A stretch of DNA of 64,000 nucleotides from an uncultured Methylomirabilota bacterium (lineage in GTDB: Bacteria; Methylomirabilota; Methylomirabilia; Methylomirabilales; 2-02-FULL-66-22): positions 480,001 through 544,000 of the forward strand of contig CAWJSJ010000002.1 of assembly GCA_963845565.1 (NCBI GenBank), written 5' to 3'. How positions within the stretch are numbered: the stretch's first letter is position 1; the number at the start of each line of letters is the position of its first letter. A program made the translations under genes and the position numbers. Shown here one piece after another: positions 41,225 to 50,511 of the stretch. The notes beneath the pieces are model-generated. The model saw nothing but the letters and a program-made list of their open reading frames with translations. It searched no databases and was not told where the DNA came from.

Positions 41225-41752
41225 GGGGGGTTCGGCTTTGGCCGCCTTGGGCGCACCCTTGGCCGCTTCCGTCTTGGCGACCTTCTCCTCCATCCCGTAG
41301 TCGGTGTACGGGACCAGCCGCTCGTCCGTGTAATCCTTCCGCAGCGGGTAGCCGACCCAGTCCTCGGGGAGCAGGATGCGCCGGTGGTCGGGATGCCCGT
41401 CGAACTGGACGCCGAACAGGTCGAAACATTCCCGCTCGTGCCAGTCCGCCGCTCGCCAGAGGTCCGACACGCTCCGCACCACGGGATGGTCCCGGTCGAC
41501 CCTCACGCGCAGATGCGCCTTGTGCGGATGGCGCAGCGACGAGAGGTTGTACACGACTTCCAGGTGCGTCGTCCAGTCCGCGCCGCTGAGGCAGTTGAGG
41601 TACTCGAAGCCGAGGTCGCGGAGGAACTCGCACACCGGCCGGCCGCTTTCAGCCGCGGTCGTGAGGCGCACCTCGGCGCCCTTGACCTCGGTCTCGCTGA
41701 GGGCGTCACCGAACTTTTGCTTGAGTTGTTCGAGAATCTCGTCCGGTGTCAT
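41174..41752 (-). CDS. nuoC: Complex I subunit C
   Basis: ADWHERECFDLFGVQFDGHPDHRRILLPEDWVGYPLRKDY. Confidence 0.95.
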   Translation of the reverse strand: MTPDEILEQLKQKFGDALSETEVKGAEVRLTTAAESGRPVCEFLRDLGFEYLNCLSGADWTTHLEVVYNLSSLRHPHKAHLRVRVDRDHPVVRSVSDLWRAADWHERECFDLFGVQFDGHPDHRRILLPEDWVGYPLRKDYTDERLVPYTDYGMEEKVAKTEAAKGAPKAAKAEPPKPLSKNNVTGEIPGTA

Positions 41753-41763
41753 GTCTCACGCAC

Positions 41764-41841
41764 GGCAATTGGGCGATTTGGCAACGTGGCAATCAGGAAA
41801 GCCGTCCCCCGATTGCCAAGTTGCCCGGTCGCCGAGTCGCC
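41764..41841. repeat. Octamer-period inverted repeat upstream of nuoC
   Basis: ggcaattg-ggcgattt-ggcaacgt-ggcaatca ... gattgcca-agttgccc-ggtcgccg-agtcgcc. Confidence 0.75.
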
Positions 41842-41843
41842 TC

Positions 41844-41948
41844 TTAGGAGCCGTTACGAAATAATTCGGCCATTGTTGTAATTTCGTTACGGCTCCTTAT
41901 GCCGCTCCCGGAATTTCTCCGATCAAGTTATTTTTTGACAGCGGCTTA
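41844..41948 (-). repeat. 105-bp composite TAA-bounded palindromic element in the nuoB slot
   Basis: TAA-GCCGCTGTCAAAAAAT...CGGCA-TAA-GGAGCCGTAACGAAAT-[18 nt]-ATTTCGTAACGGCTCC-TAA. Confidence 0.9.
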
Positions 41949-42305
41949 GACCCACTCCAACGCCTTCTTCTTCCAGGCGTAGGCCAGCCCCACGAGGAGG
42001 ATGCCGATGAAGATCATCATCTCGACGAAGGCGAACAGCCCCATCTCCCGGAACACGATGGCCCAGGGAAACAGGAACACCGTCTCGACCGCGAAGATGA
42101 TATAGACGAGCGCATAGAGATAGTACCGCACGTGGAACCGGATCCACCCGATGCCGATGGGCTCCTCGCCGCACTCGTAACTCGTGAGCTTGCGAGGGGT
42201 CGGGTTGTCCGGACGGATGATCCGCGAGACGACCTCGATGTTGAGGATGACGAAAAGGGCGCCGACGATCAGGAAAAATCCGGCGTAGGCATAATCCGCT
42301 GCCAT
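41946..42305 (-). CDS. nuoA: Complex I subunit A
   Basis: SYECGEEP, RYYLYAL..IIF.VET.FLFPWA, YAWKKKALEW. Confidence 0.95.
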   Translation of the reverse strand: MAADYAYAGFFLIVGALFVILNIEVVSRIIRPDNPTPRKLTSYECGEEPIGIGWIRFHVRYYLYALVYIIFAVETVFLFPWAIVFREMGLFAFVEMMIFIGILLVGLAYAWKKKALEWV

Positions 42306-42569
42306 GGGGCCTCCCCCTCAGGAGCCAGGGACAGACGGCAAAAGGGACCGTGAGGCGAGAAATCGTGTGACAGGACACCCGGCCATGCGCGATCACGGCG
42401 ATAATGGAGCCCTCGTCCGGGGCCTCGCAACCGTCCAGAAACCGGGCCAAAAGTGTGGTTTTTCTAACACTCTGACCACACCCTGTCAAGGGAAATGCTG
42501 GCGAAAGAGTCGCCGTCCCAGGACCCGTACCGCGCCCGATCGCGACCGACGCGGTGCGGGCGGGCGGCA

Positions 42570-43700
42570 CTAGATTCGGAGCCACTCCCGCTGAAGGGCA
42601 TGCCAGAGCGCGAGGCCGGCGAGGTATCCGGCACCCATGTTCCAGAGCGAGATACCGGCGGTAAGGAGGACGACATAGCGGTCGCCCCGCTGGGACCCGT
42701 TCCCGTGGGCTCCGGCCGCCAGCTCCAACCCTCCGAAAAGGAGTATCACACCCAAGAGCGACCGGGGGAACAGCTTGAAGAGTGTGGCCACCGAGTCCGA
42801 GAGGAACAGCCCGATAAACAGGATCAGGGCGCCCAAGATCACGAGTGCACCGCCAGTTCGTGCCCCGAAGCGCACGTGGCCCGCCATACCGCCGGCCCCG
42901 TGGCACATCGGCACACCCCCCAGACTCGTCCCGACGAGGTTCATGATCCCGTGGTCCACGGCCACGGCTTTCACGGTGATTCGCCGGTCCGGAAAGAGCG
43001 TGTTGTTCTCCTCCACGGTGGCGATGATCGCGTTGCCCAAGGTGAGGGCCACTTGGGGGAGCCCCAGGACCACGATGCCGGTGACTATTTCCGGCCAACT
43101 GATCTTGGTGAGCGCGAGTTCGGGCAGTCGGAAGCGGAGGGAACATTCGGCCAGGCCGGTCAGGAGCGCCGGCTCCCGGAACAGCGCGACCGTCACGCCG
43201 AATCCCAACAAGACCAGCATGGCCGGCACGCGCTCCCGGGACAGCAGAAAAAAGGTGAGCGCCGTGGCGACCGCCGCAAGGATGAAGTCGCCCTCCATCA
43301 TCGTGACCCCCTCGGCGATGAACCCAAGGCCCAAGCTGAGCACCAAGCCCTGCACGATTGGGCGACTGGTGATCTTGGCGATCCAGCTCACGGTGCCCGT
43401 CATCCCCATGACGAGCCAGAAGAGGCCGCTGAACAGCCCGGACGCCCAGATCGCGCCTGGCGTGATTACCCCGGGGTGGGTGATGGCAGTCGTGCCGATG
43501 GCCTTCATCGGCTGGATGGGCACCGGCGTCTTGAAGTACAGCCCCGCGAAGATCTTGAAGAGACCGAACGCGACGAGGATCCCGACCGGATCCATCTTGC
43601 TGATGGTGATATACCCGACCACAAAAGGGATGAGAGTGCCGAGGTCGCCGAAGGCTCCCGCGAATTCCCGCAGATCGTACGTATTTCCGCCGATCCTCAA
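42570..43700 (-). CDS. Putative sulfate/molybdate transporter (MOT-like)
   Basis: EFAGAFGDLGTL, PVPIQPMKAI, PMCHGAGGMAGH..FGAR; TTG start after AAGGAGG. Confidence 0.85.
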   Translation of the reverse strand: MRIGGNTYDLREFAGAFGDLGTLIPFVVGYITISKMDPVGILVAFGLFKIFAGLYFKTPVPIQPMKAIGTTAITHPGVITPGAIWASGLFSGLFWLVMGMTGTVSWIAKITSRPIVQGLVLSLGLGFIAEGVTMMEGDFILAAVATALTFFLLSRERVPAMLVLLGFGVTVALFREPALLTGLAECSLRFRLPELALTKISWPEIVTGIVVLGLPQVALTLGNAIIATVEENNTLFPDRRITVKAVAVDHGIMNLVGTSLGGVPMCHGAGGMAGHVRFGARTGGALVILGALILFIGLFLSDSVATLFKLFPRSLLGVILLFGGLELAAGAHGNGSQRGDRYVVLLTAGISLWNMGAGYLAGLALWHALQREWLRI

Positions 43701-43884
43701 CGCCCCCTCCCCTCCTTGCGGGTGGTTGGACGGGTATGCTAGCATGAGCATAGTGCATCGCCAAGGGCGATGTCGTCCCGCCGGTCCGCACCGCGGGGTG
43801 ATCCAACACACTGGCACACGTTCTCCACCCGCGCCGCCCCAGCGGGGCGTCCTTGATGACTCCGGAGGGATCTCGGCGGTACCG

Positions 43885-44263
43885 ATTGAGCCCCGGCTTC
43901 AAGCGCTCTTCGTCGCCTTTTTCCGGCTCGGCGCCACCGCCTACCGGAAACCGGCCATGATGGCCTACCTCCGGCAGGAGTGCGTCGGGAAGCGGCAATG
44001 GCTCACCAAGCAGGACTTCAAAGAGGGGATGGCGCTCTGCCATACAATCCCCGGGGCCACCATGATGTAGATGGCGACGTACATGGGCTTTGGCGGCCTT
44101 CCTCGGAATGCTGCTCCTGGTGGCGTACTATTTCGCACGAGAAGCGCTGGTTGATTGGAAGACGTGGGCATTGATGGGGGCGGCCTGGCTTGCGCTCTGG
44201 CGGAAAGTGGACCTTCTCCTGATCGTCGGGGTGGGCGCGGCCCTTTCGGTGGTCCTTTTCTGA
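43885..44263 (+). pseudogene. chrA: Chromate transporter ChrA remnant
   Basis: FFRLGATA...AYLRQECV..RQWL...F.EG.ALC..IPG then in-frame TAG; joined to a C-terminal piece (KVDLLLIVGVGA..S..LF*), middle deleted. Confidence 0.7.
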
Positions 44264-44306
44264 CGACTCGGGCGACCGACCGCTCGGTGTCGCGGCGTGG
44301 AAAGGC

Positions 44307-45128
44307 TCAGCGGGCAAGCGCCTGTAAGAGAACCCGCGCGCCGATGAACCCGAGGGCGATCGCGAGTCCGCGCATGATCCAAGCGCCGTGGACCCGGCTG
44401 GACGCGCGCGCGCCAAGCTGCGCGCCGATGAGGACGCCGATGGCCAGAGCGAGCGTCCGCCGCACGCCGTGAGCAAAGACGCCGGTCGCAACGTGGACCA
44501 GCGTCCCCACCAGCGCCATGACCGCCAGGACAAAGTGAGAGGTGGCCGTCGCGACGTGCACCGGGAAGTGCAACAGGTAGGAAAGCGCAGGAACGTGGAT
44601 GATCCCGCCGCCGATTCCGAGCAGGCTTGAGAGAAACCCTACGACCAGGCTGAGTCCCACACCCAACGGCTGATTGTAGGCGTAGGTGTGACAGGTTCCA
44701 TCCGCTTCGACGAGGCTTCGCGTCACGGCCCAAGCCGGGCGGGCGCCCGGTGCGGTCGCGCGGTCGCGGCCGCCTGCCAGCAACACGATCGATCCCACCA
44801 TCAGCAGCAGCCCCAGCACGCCGTCGAACAGACGACGCGGAAGGAGCGGCGTGACGAGCGCCCCGAGGATGGCACCGGGTATGGTGGCGATCGCGAAGAC
44901 GCCGCCGGATCGGTAGTCAATGCGGCCCATGCGCGCGTAGGCCGCAGATCCGGAAAGGGCGTTGAAGAAGACCACCGCGAGCGAGATGCTGGTCAAGAGT
45001 TCCGGGCTGTCGGCGGGATAGAGCAAGGCCAGGATCGGCACCAGGACGAACCCGCCGCCCGCGCCGATCAGGGTGCCGTAGGCGCCGACCACGAATCCCA
45101 GCGGCACCAGCCACCACACAGAGCCCAT
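44307..45128 (-). CDS. TauE/SafE family sulfite exporter
   Basis: Two repeats GTLIGAGGGFVLVP and SSLLGIGGGIIHVP; AQLGA. Confidence 0.9.
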   Translation of the reverse strand: MGSVWWLVPLGFVVGAYGTLIGAGGGFVLVPILALLYPADSPELLTSISLAVVFFNALSGSAAYARMGRIDYRSGGVFAIATIPGAILGALVTPLLPRRLFDGVLGLLLMVGSIVLLAGGRDRATAPGARPAWAVTRSLVEADGTCHTYAYNQPLGVGLSLVVGFLSSLLGIGGGIIHVPALSYLLHFPVHVATATSHFVLAVMALVGTLVHVATGVFAHGVRRTLALAIGVLIGAQLGARASSRVHGAWIMRGLAIALGFIGARVLLQALAR

Positions 45129-45591
45129 CGTGAGGCTCCTCCCGGAGAGCACTTGTTGATCGCGTTCCGGCTCGTCCTCGAGTCTTCGTCCAGACTATAC
45201 CACCAAGACGTGACGCCGGCCACCGCGGCAGCGGGTCAAGACGGACGTGATGGCTTCTCGCGGTCGGTATTGCGCTTGCGTGGTCGCGGTTGTTGGTTCA
45301 CAGTCGGGTACGCTCGGAGTGACGCCGCCGATCGCTCTGGAGGCACTCGGCGCCTCGGTCCGGGCAACGGGTATACTGTGCGGTGTGTAAAATAGGCGAC
45401 ACACCAACCGGGACCGCACAGTCCGGGGGAGAGTCCGAGGAGGGGCGGAGGCCCGCCCCTCGCGGTGGGGTGCGCCGGGAGGGCCGAGAGCTTTCCGCGT
45501 GTCTCTGTAAGAGCGAGGGCCTTCCCCGCGAACGCAGCAGCGCGGGGGCGGTGTAGTCATTCTTCCGCGCTGCGTAGTAAGGGGGTGGGAG

Positions 45592-46209
45592 ATGAGGAAA
45601 GTAACGGGAATCGGTCTGGTTGGACTCGTGCTTGGCCTGATGGCTCCTGGGGCAACCGTTTTCGCCCAGCAGATGCCCATTCCAGGACGCCAGGCGCACC
45701 ATCCACAGTCGGCAGCTCAATCGCTCCCCGGCCAAGGGGCCGCCGTGCCGGCCCTTTCCGGTCAGGATGCTTTCGGGGCCATCCAGGAGGTGGTCCGCAT
45801 CCTGGAAGCCGATCCCGCGACCGACTGGAACAAGGTCAATCTGGAGCGGTTGCGGCAGCACCTCATCGACATGAATGACGTCACGTTGCGCTCGGAGGTC
45901 AAAGCGGTCACGGTTCCAGGTGGGCTGGCCATGGACGTGACCGGGTCCGGCCGAGTCGAGGAGGCGATCCGGGGAATGGTGGTACCGCATTCCAAGGAGC
46001 TGGACTCGATGAAAGAGTGGTCGGCCCGAACGGAGCAGATTCCCGGCGGCCTGCGCCTGACAGTGTTGGCGAAGAACCCGGACGACGCCAGGACCGTCGC
46101 GCGCATCCGGGGCTTGGGCTTCATCGGCCTGCTCGTGCAGGGCGCCCATCACCAACCACACCACCTGGCGATGGCGCGAGGCAACGCGGTCGCCGGTCAC
46201 GGTCACTGA
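45592..46209 (+). CDS. Exported conserved hypothetical protein with His-rich C-terminus
   Basis: Signal peptide; GQDAFGAIQEVV..LEADP.TDW..VNL..LRQHLIDM; GAHHQPHHLAMA. Confidence 0.7.
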   Translation: MRKVTGIGLVGLVLGLMAPGATVFAQQMPIPGRQAHHPQSAAQSLPGQGAAVPALSGQDAFGAIQEVVRILEADPATDWNKVNLERLRQHLIDMNDVTLRSEVKAVTVPGGLAMDVTGSGRVEEAIRGMVVPHSKELDSMKEWSARTEQIPGGLRLTVLAKNPDDARTVARIRGLGFIGLLVQGAHHQPHHLAMARGNAVAGHGH

Positions 46210-46646
46210 GCCTTTTTTGCACAGAGGGAGAAGAGATGCCGATGTGGAGCCACACCACGAGATTCGTGAACTCAAACGTATAGGAGATACGTACGAGGAC
46301 CCACCGAATATGGGGGCCGTTGATTCGCTTCAAGCCGGTCGGCACTAATCCATCACGTGACTTCTCTGCGCCACGTCGGAACTCAAATCCCGACTTCAAT
46401 CCTACGCATTTCAAGAGGACCGGTGCCGGGGACCGGACCCCATGTTGTGTGCATGGTTCAGGTTCGGCGAAAGCATTGAGTTGGCGGGAGGAGCTGCCGC
46501 GGTGTTCGTAGCAGGTGTACTCAGATTTCCGCGCCAGGCGTATCCACGGATAGAAGGAGTCTTTGCAGACCACAGGGATGCCCTAACCCATCGCATCCGG
46601 TGTCCGGGGCGGCCTCCGGCCACCGGTCGCCACGGTGCGCGCACCC

Positions 46647-47339
46647 TCAGTGGGGTTGCTCCTTCCGCAGGGAACGCAACTGCTCGACGAGTCCGACCAC
46701 GGTGCGGACGCCGTCAGAAAGCTCCGTGGCGAGCGTCCTCACGACCGGGGGAATCTGCTCGTGCGCTCGCACCGTCTCCAGCAGTTCTTTGGAATAGATC
46801 GTGAGGGAGATGACGGGCCGCTCGAGGTCGGTGGTGGTTTCCGCGATCGCGGCGGCGGCGGCGAGTTGTCGGTCCGCACCCGCAAGGTCGTGCTGGAGCC
46901 GGTCGCGTTCCGCGCGGGCCTGCTCCACGGCGCGTTGTTTCTCGGCAGCTTCCTGCGCTACCTCAGCAAGGGCTTTCTCGTACACATGCAGTTGCCGCCG
47001 CTCACCAACTAGGAGCGCGGTGGTCACCGCGATCAGGCTAAAGCTGATCCAGTGGGCGATGGCCTCCCAATAGGGATACTTCAGGGCCGCAGTCACCTCG
47101 GGGGACAGGAGCGTCACCCCAACGTAGAGGAGGCTGGCCACCCCGGCGAAGAGCAAACAGAGTCCCACCGGCTCAAAGAGCGCGATGGCGAGCAGCACGG
47201 CAATGTAGAATGGCACCAGGGTGATCAGCGGGGTGGCGTAGTCGAGCCACCCCACCCCGAGTAGGAGAAGCAGGCTCCCCACGCGGCGGACCCGCGGTGC
47301 CGTGCGCAGTGCCTCCTGCACCTTCTCCAGTTCGGCCAT
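46647..47339 (-). CDS. Membrane protein with coiled coil and His-less HisKA-like tail
   Basis: GGAGGGGAG RBS; about 4 TM segments then a coiled coil and TDLERPVISLTIYSKELL. Confidence 0.6.
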   Translation of the reverse strand: MAELEKVQEALRTAPRVRRVGSLLLLLGVGWLDYATPLITLVPFYIAVLLAIALFEPVGLCLLFAGVASLLYVGVTLLSPEVTAALKYPYWEAIAHWISFSLIAVTTALLVGERRQLHVYEKALAEVAQEAAEKQRAVEQARAERDRLQHDLAGADRQLAAAAAIAETTTDLERPVISLTIYSKELLETVRAHEQIPPVVRTLATELSDGVRTVVGLVEQLRSLRKEQPH

Positions 47340-47859
47340 ACTCCCCTCCGCGCCAACCTGCGCCAACCCCGTGCGAGGTTGGCGGCATACCGTAGCATGT
47401 GGTCGTCCGGCGAAGCAATAGACAAGGCCGGCCCGATGGTCGCGCCGACGCGGGGGCGTCGTCGTCGGGCTAAAGACACGGGGCCCGGGCACTGCCCTGA
47501 CGGGCCACGCCGTCGCCCCCAACCCGCCCGCCCCGGGGAGCGGGAGGAGCCTGCGGCGGTGCGCGCCGTCCCTCCGGGATGCGCACGCGGAGAAGATCCC
47601 GCGCGGCCTGCGCCTGGCGGGGGTGGCGCGGTACCCGGGCGACTCCGCCCCCGGCGCCCAAATCCGTCACCCCGGCTTTATCGGCCGTCGGGCGCCGGGG
47701 GTCTCTCGCCAGTCACACCCTGCGACAATGCTTCGAAAAATATGGCATGGCCGTGCGCGGCAAGGACGGTGAACCCGCATGTGGGCGAACCTGAGCCAAC
47801 ACAAGGGCCACCGCGCCCCGACCGAGATCCGCGCGCACCGACAGTCTGAGCTTGTCACG

Positions 47860-48010
47860 AGCTGATTACACAATACATAGCATCTATTGGTTAGTATGTT
47901 ACATAAAGATTAATAGTATATTACTAATAATCTCCTGAGTAATTCTTGGCTCATACGGAATCCTGTGCGTAATGTACGATCCAGTTGCTGGACAGCACCC
48001 TAGAAATCAG
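47860..48010 (+). promoter_or_regulatory. AT-rich regulatory region upstream of small membrane protein
   Basis: Sharp AT island; near-palindrome TAGTATATTACTA; motifs shared with 50165-50230. Confidence 0.55.
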
Positions 48011-48064
48011 AGCGTGCGTCGTCACGGCATTCTCTCTGGACGGACCCACAACAGGAGGAGACCG

Positions 48065-48364
48065 ATGTCGGACCGCAATGAGATCAAGATCGATACCCAG
48101 GGGACCGCAGGCCAGGCAGTGGAGCGCGGGCCCATGACGTGGCGCCAAACGCTGGTGGGCGTCGGCATGTTCTGCCTCGTCATCGCCCTCTTCGCGTCGG
48201 CGGGGTTGAAAGAGTCGGGCGGGTTGGTGGGCAAGATTATCGGGGGGGTCGGCCTGATGCTAATGGCGGTAGGCATCGTCGGCAACCTGATGCATGCCAT
48301 CTCCTCCAGAAAGAACCGAGGGGTTGCGACTGACAGCCCCGTGGGCACGACCTCCCGATCCTGA
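48065..48364 (+). CDS. Small 2-TM hypothetical protein (paralog family member 1)
   Basis: AGGAGG RBS; GVGMFC...SAGLKE...K..GG. Confidence 0.7.
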   Translation: MSDRNEIKIDTQGTAGQAVERGPMTWRQTLVGVGMFCLVIALFASAGLKESGGLVGKIIGGVGLMLMAVGIVGNLMHAISSRKNRGVATDSPVGTTSRS

Positions 48365-48706
48365 CACCGGGGAACGCGAGCCGGTTCGAGGCCGGCGACA
48401 ATCCGGTTCTCGCCGGTACCGAACCGGCCTGCGAGGAGTTCTTCCGGACGCGGCAGGGAACCAGGCGGCCGCACCAGGCGTGACCCGGCCTTACCCCACC
48501 GCGTCTGCGCATACCTGCTGCCGTTCCAGCCCCCCCGCTGCATACCGCCCCTGAAACGCTCGGACGCCTCCGGCGCGCCCGGCCCTTTCCGTCAAGCGGG
48601 CGTCGCCCCTGCTCTTCCGTGCGACCGGCTGCAATTCCAGGCAAGGTCCGCAAGAAACGCGCCCGCGACCCGCGCGAGACGCCGCAGCCCATGACGGGAC
48701 ACTCGG

Positions 48707-50128
48707 TCAGTTGGGCGTACGCCGGGTCCGGGAGCGGCCCGGTTTCCCAGAAGGTCGCCGCCGGGCCCGCCGGCTCGGCACGTCCTGGGGAGTCTGTGCC
48801 ATCGTCCGGAGATAGGACACGAGGTTGATAGGCCGGGCGGTGAGGCCAAGCTTGGCGCGGAGGTTGTTCCGGTGGAACGCGATCGCACTCGGCGAGACAC
48901 GCAGGAGCCCCGCGATTTCCTTCGTCCGTTTTCCCAACCGTACCAGGTCTGCGATCTGGATCTCCGTCGGCGTGAGCTGGAGTTTCCAGGCGTCGAGCTG
49001 CCGAACGAAGGACGCGGCGACGTGGCGCAGGTTAGCCTCGACGACCTCGACGAGGACCCGTTGGTCGGCCGTCAGGGAGGTCCCTTTCAGGGTCTCGACG
49101 TGCGCCAGGACCAGTTGCTCGAGGGTCGTGTGCAGGCCCGCCAGGTGCCGCTGGCTCTCCTGCTCCCGATGCTCCAGGAGCGCGGTCAGCGCCGCGTTCA
49201 ATTTCTCGATTTTGCCGAGTTGGAGTGAGATCTCCCGGTCTTTCTGGAGCAACGCCTCCTCGGCCTGGACCCGCGCGGTGACATCGCGATTGACGCGCAG
49301 CACGCCGGGCTGGCCGTCGAACTGGATCGGCGTCACCGCTGTTTCTACGTGGAGCGCCGACTGGTCCAGTCGTACGACTGTCCGGCGTTCCGCCGGCCCC
49401 GGCATCCCCTCCGAGAGGGCGGCCCGGCTTCTTGCGCGCACCGTGGCATGGATGCTGGGGTGGAAGAGCTCGAAGAGGGAGCGACCCACGAGGACTTCGG
49501 GGCCGGCTGCCCCGATCAACCGGGCTGCCGCGGGGTTGGCGAAGACGATCCGCTCCGTCGCGTCGGAGACGACGACCGCATCCGGCAGGAATTCGATCAA
49601 CCCCCGGTACCGGGCCTCCGCCTCGCGGAGCGCCTGTTCCGCCCGTTTCGCCGCCGTGTTGTCGAAGAGGTAGCCTCGGATCTGCTGAACCTCGCCGCGG
49701 GCATCGGTCACCACGACCGCGTTCTCCACCACATGGATGCGCACGCCGTCGCGCCGCTGCCGCACGCACTCGTACTGTTCGAGTTTCCCGCGCGCGCGGA
49801 GTTCGGCGAGGAACGCGGCGTACTCCGTCTCCTCCGCATGGAGCGTGCGCAGGTTCGTCCGGAGCGCCTCTTTCCGGCTGTGGAACCCCAGGATCGCGAC
49901 GAAGGCGGGATTGCAGTCGAGGATCCGCCCCTCCGGCGTGGCGAGATAGTCCCCCGTCAAGTCGTCTTCGAACAGCCGCCGATACCGCTCCTCACTCTCC
50001 CGGAGCGCCTGATCCACCTTCTGCGCCGTTTCGAGCTGCTTGACCCGCGCGGTCGCCAGGGCCAGCTGCCGCCGCAGCGCGCGGATCTCGACGGCCGACG
50101 GGACGGTGGGGGACGCTGGTGCTGCCAT
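48707..50128 (-). CDS. PAS-PAS-LuxR HTH transcriptional regulator
   Basis: ESEERYRRLFE, two PAS/PAC domains, LTPTEIQIADLVRLGKRTKEIA..L.VS...I.FHRNNLRAKLG. Confidence 0.9.
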   Translation of the reverse strand: MAAPASPTVPSAVEIRALRRQLALATARVKQLETAQKVDQALRESEERYRRLFEDDLTGDYLATPEGRILDCNPAFVAILGFHSRKEALRTNLRTLHAEETEYAAFLAELRARGKLEQYECVRQRRDGVRIHVVENAVVVTDARGEVQQIRGYLFDNTAAKRAEQALREAEARYRGLIEFLPDAVVVSDATERIVFANPAAARLIGAAGPEVLVGRSLFELFHPSIHATVRARSRAALSEGMPGPAERRTVVRLDQSALHVETAVTPIQFDGQPGVLRVNRDVTARVQAEEALLQKDREISLQLGKIEKLNAALTALLEHREQESQRHLAGLHTTLEQLVLAHVETLKGTSLTADQRVLVEVVEANLRHVAASFVRQLDAWKLQLTPTEIQIADLVRLGKRTKEIAGLLRVSPSAIAFHRNNLRAKLGLTARPINLVSYLRTMAQTPQDVPSRRARRRPSGKPGRSRTRRTPN

Positions 50129-50164
50129 AGGTTCTCCTAGGTTGTGCATCACATCCTTGCGTGC

Positions 50165-50230
50165 TGGAAATATATTAGCACGACTTCGCTAGGTACTAAC
50201 TAGTGATCCTCTAGAAATCTATTGGTGCAG
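50165..50230. promoter_or_regulatory. AT-rich divergent promoter region
   Basis: Shares ATCTATTGGT, CTAGAAATC and TACTAA with 47860-48010. Confidence 0.5.
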
Positions 50231-50511
50231 CGAGGTGTCCGATTTGCCGTAGACTCCTTATGAACGCTGACGATTCCGGCTCCGGGGCGCCGGTCTTTCA
50301 GGGTCGCGGTGCGTATCCTGGGAAGTGTGGAGCGACGAGGGGAGCGGCCATGACGCGCCCCAATGGTTGTTGGCGATTGGGTTCGCTCTGTGCGTCGTCG
50401 GGGTCATGGTCGCGACCGTGACGCAAGGCAGCCCGGCGGGGCGTCTATCGCGGCGGGCCCACGTGGCCCCGGCGCCCCGTTGGTCCAAACCCCCACTTAG
50501 GAGATCCAGCC

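Noticed and set aside
38713..41948. 105-bp elements as CRISPR repeats, integron attC or lox-like sites
   Set aside because: Copies are dispersed, not arrayed; no cas, integrase or recombinase in the window; no proper RYYYAAC/GTTRRRY pair; arm orientation does not fit loxP.
44068..44070. In-frame TAG in chrA as pyrrolysine or readthrough
   Set aside because: Falls where a Gln (CAG) is expected in a gene that also has a large deletion; no pyl genes seen.
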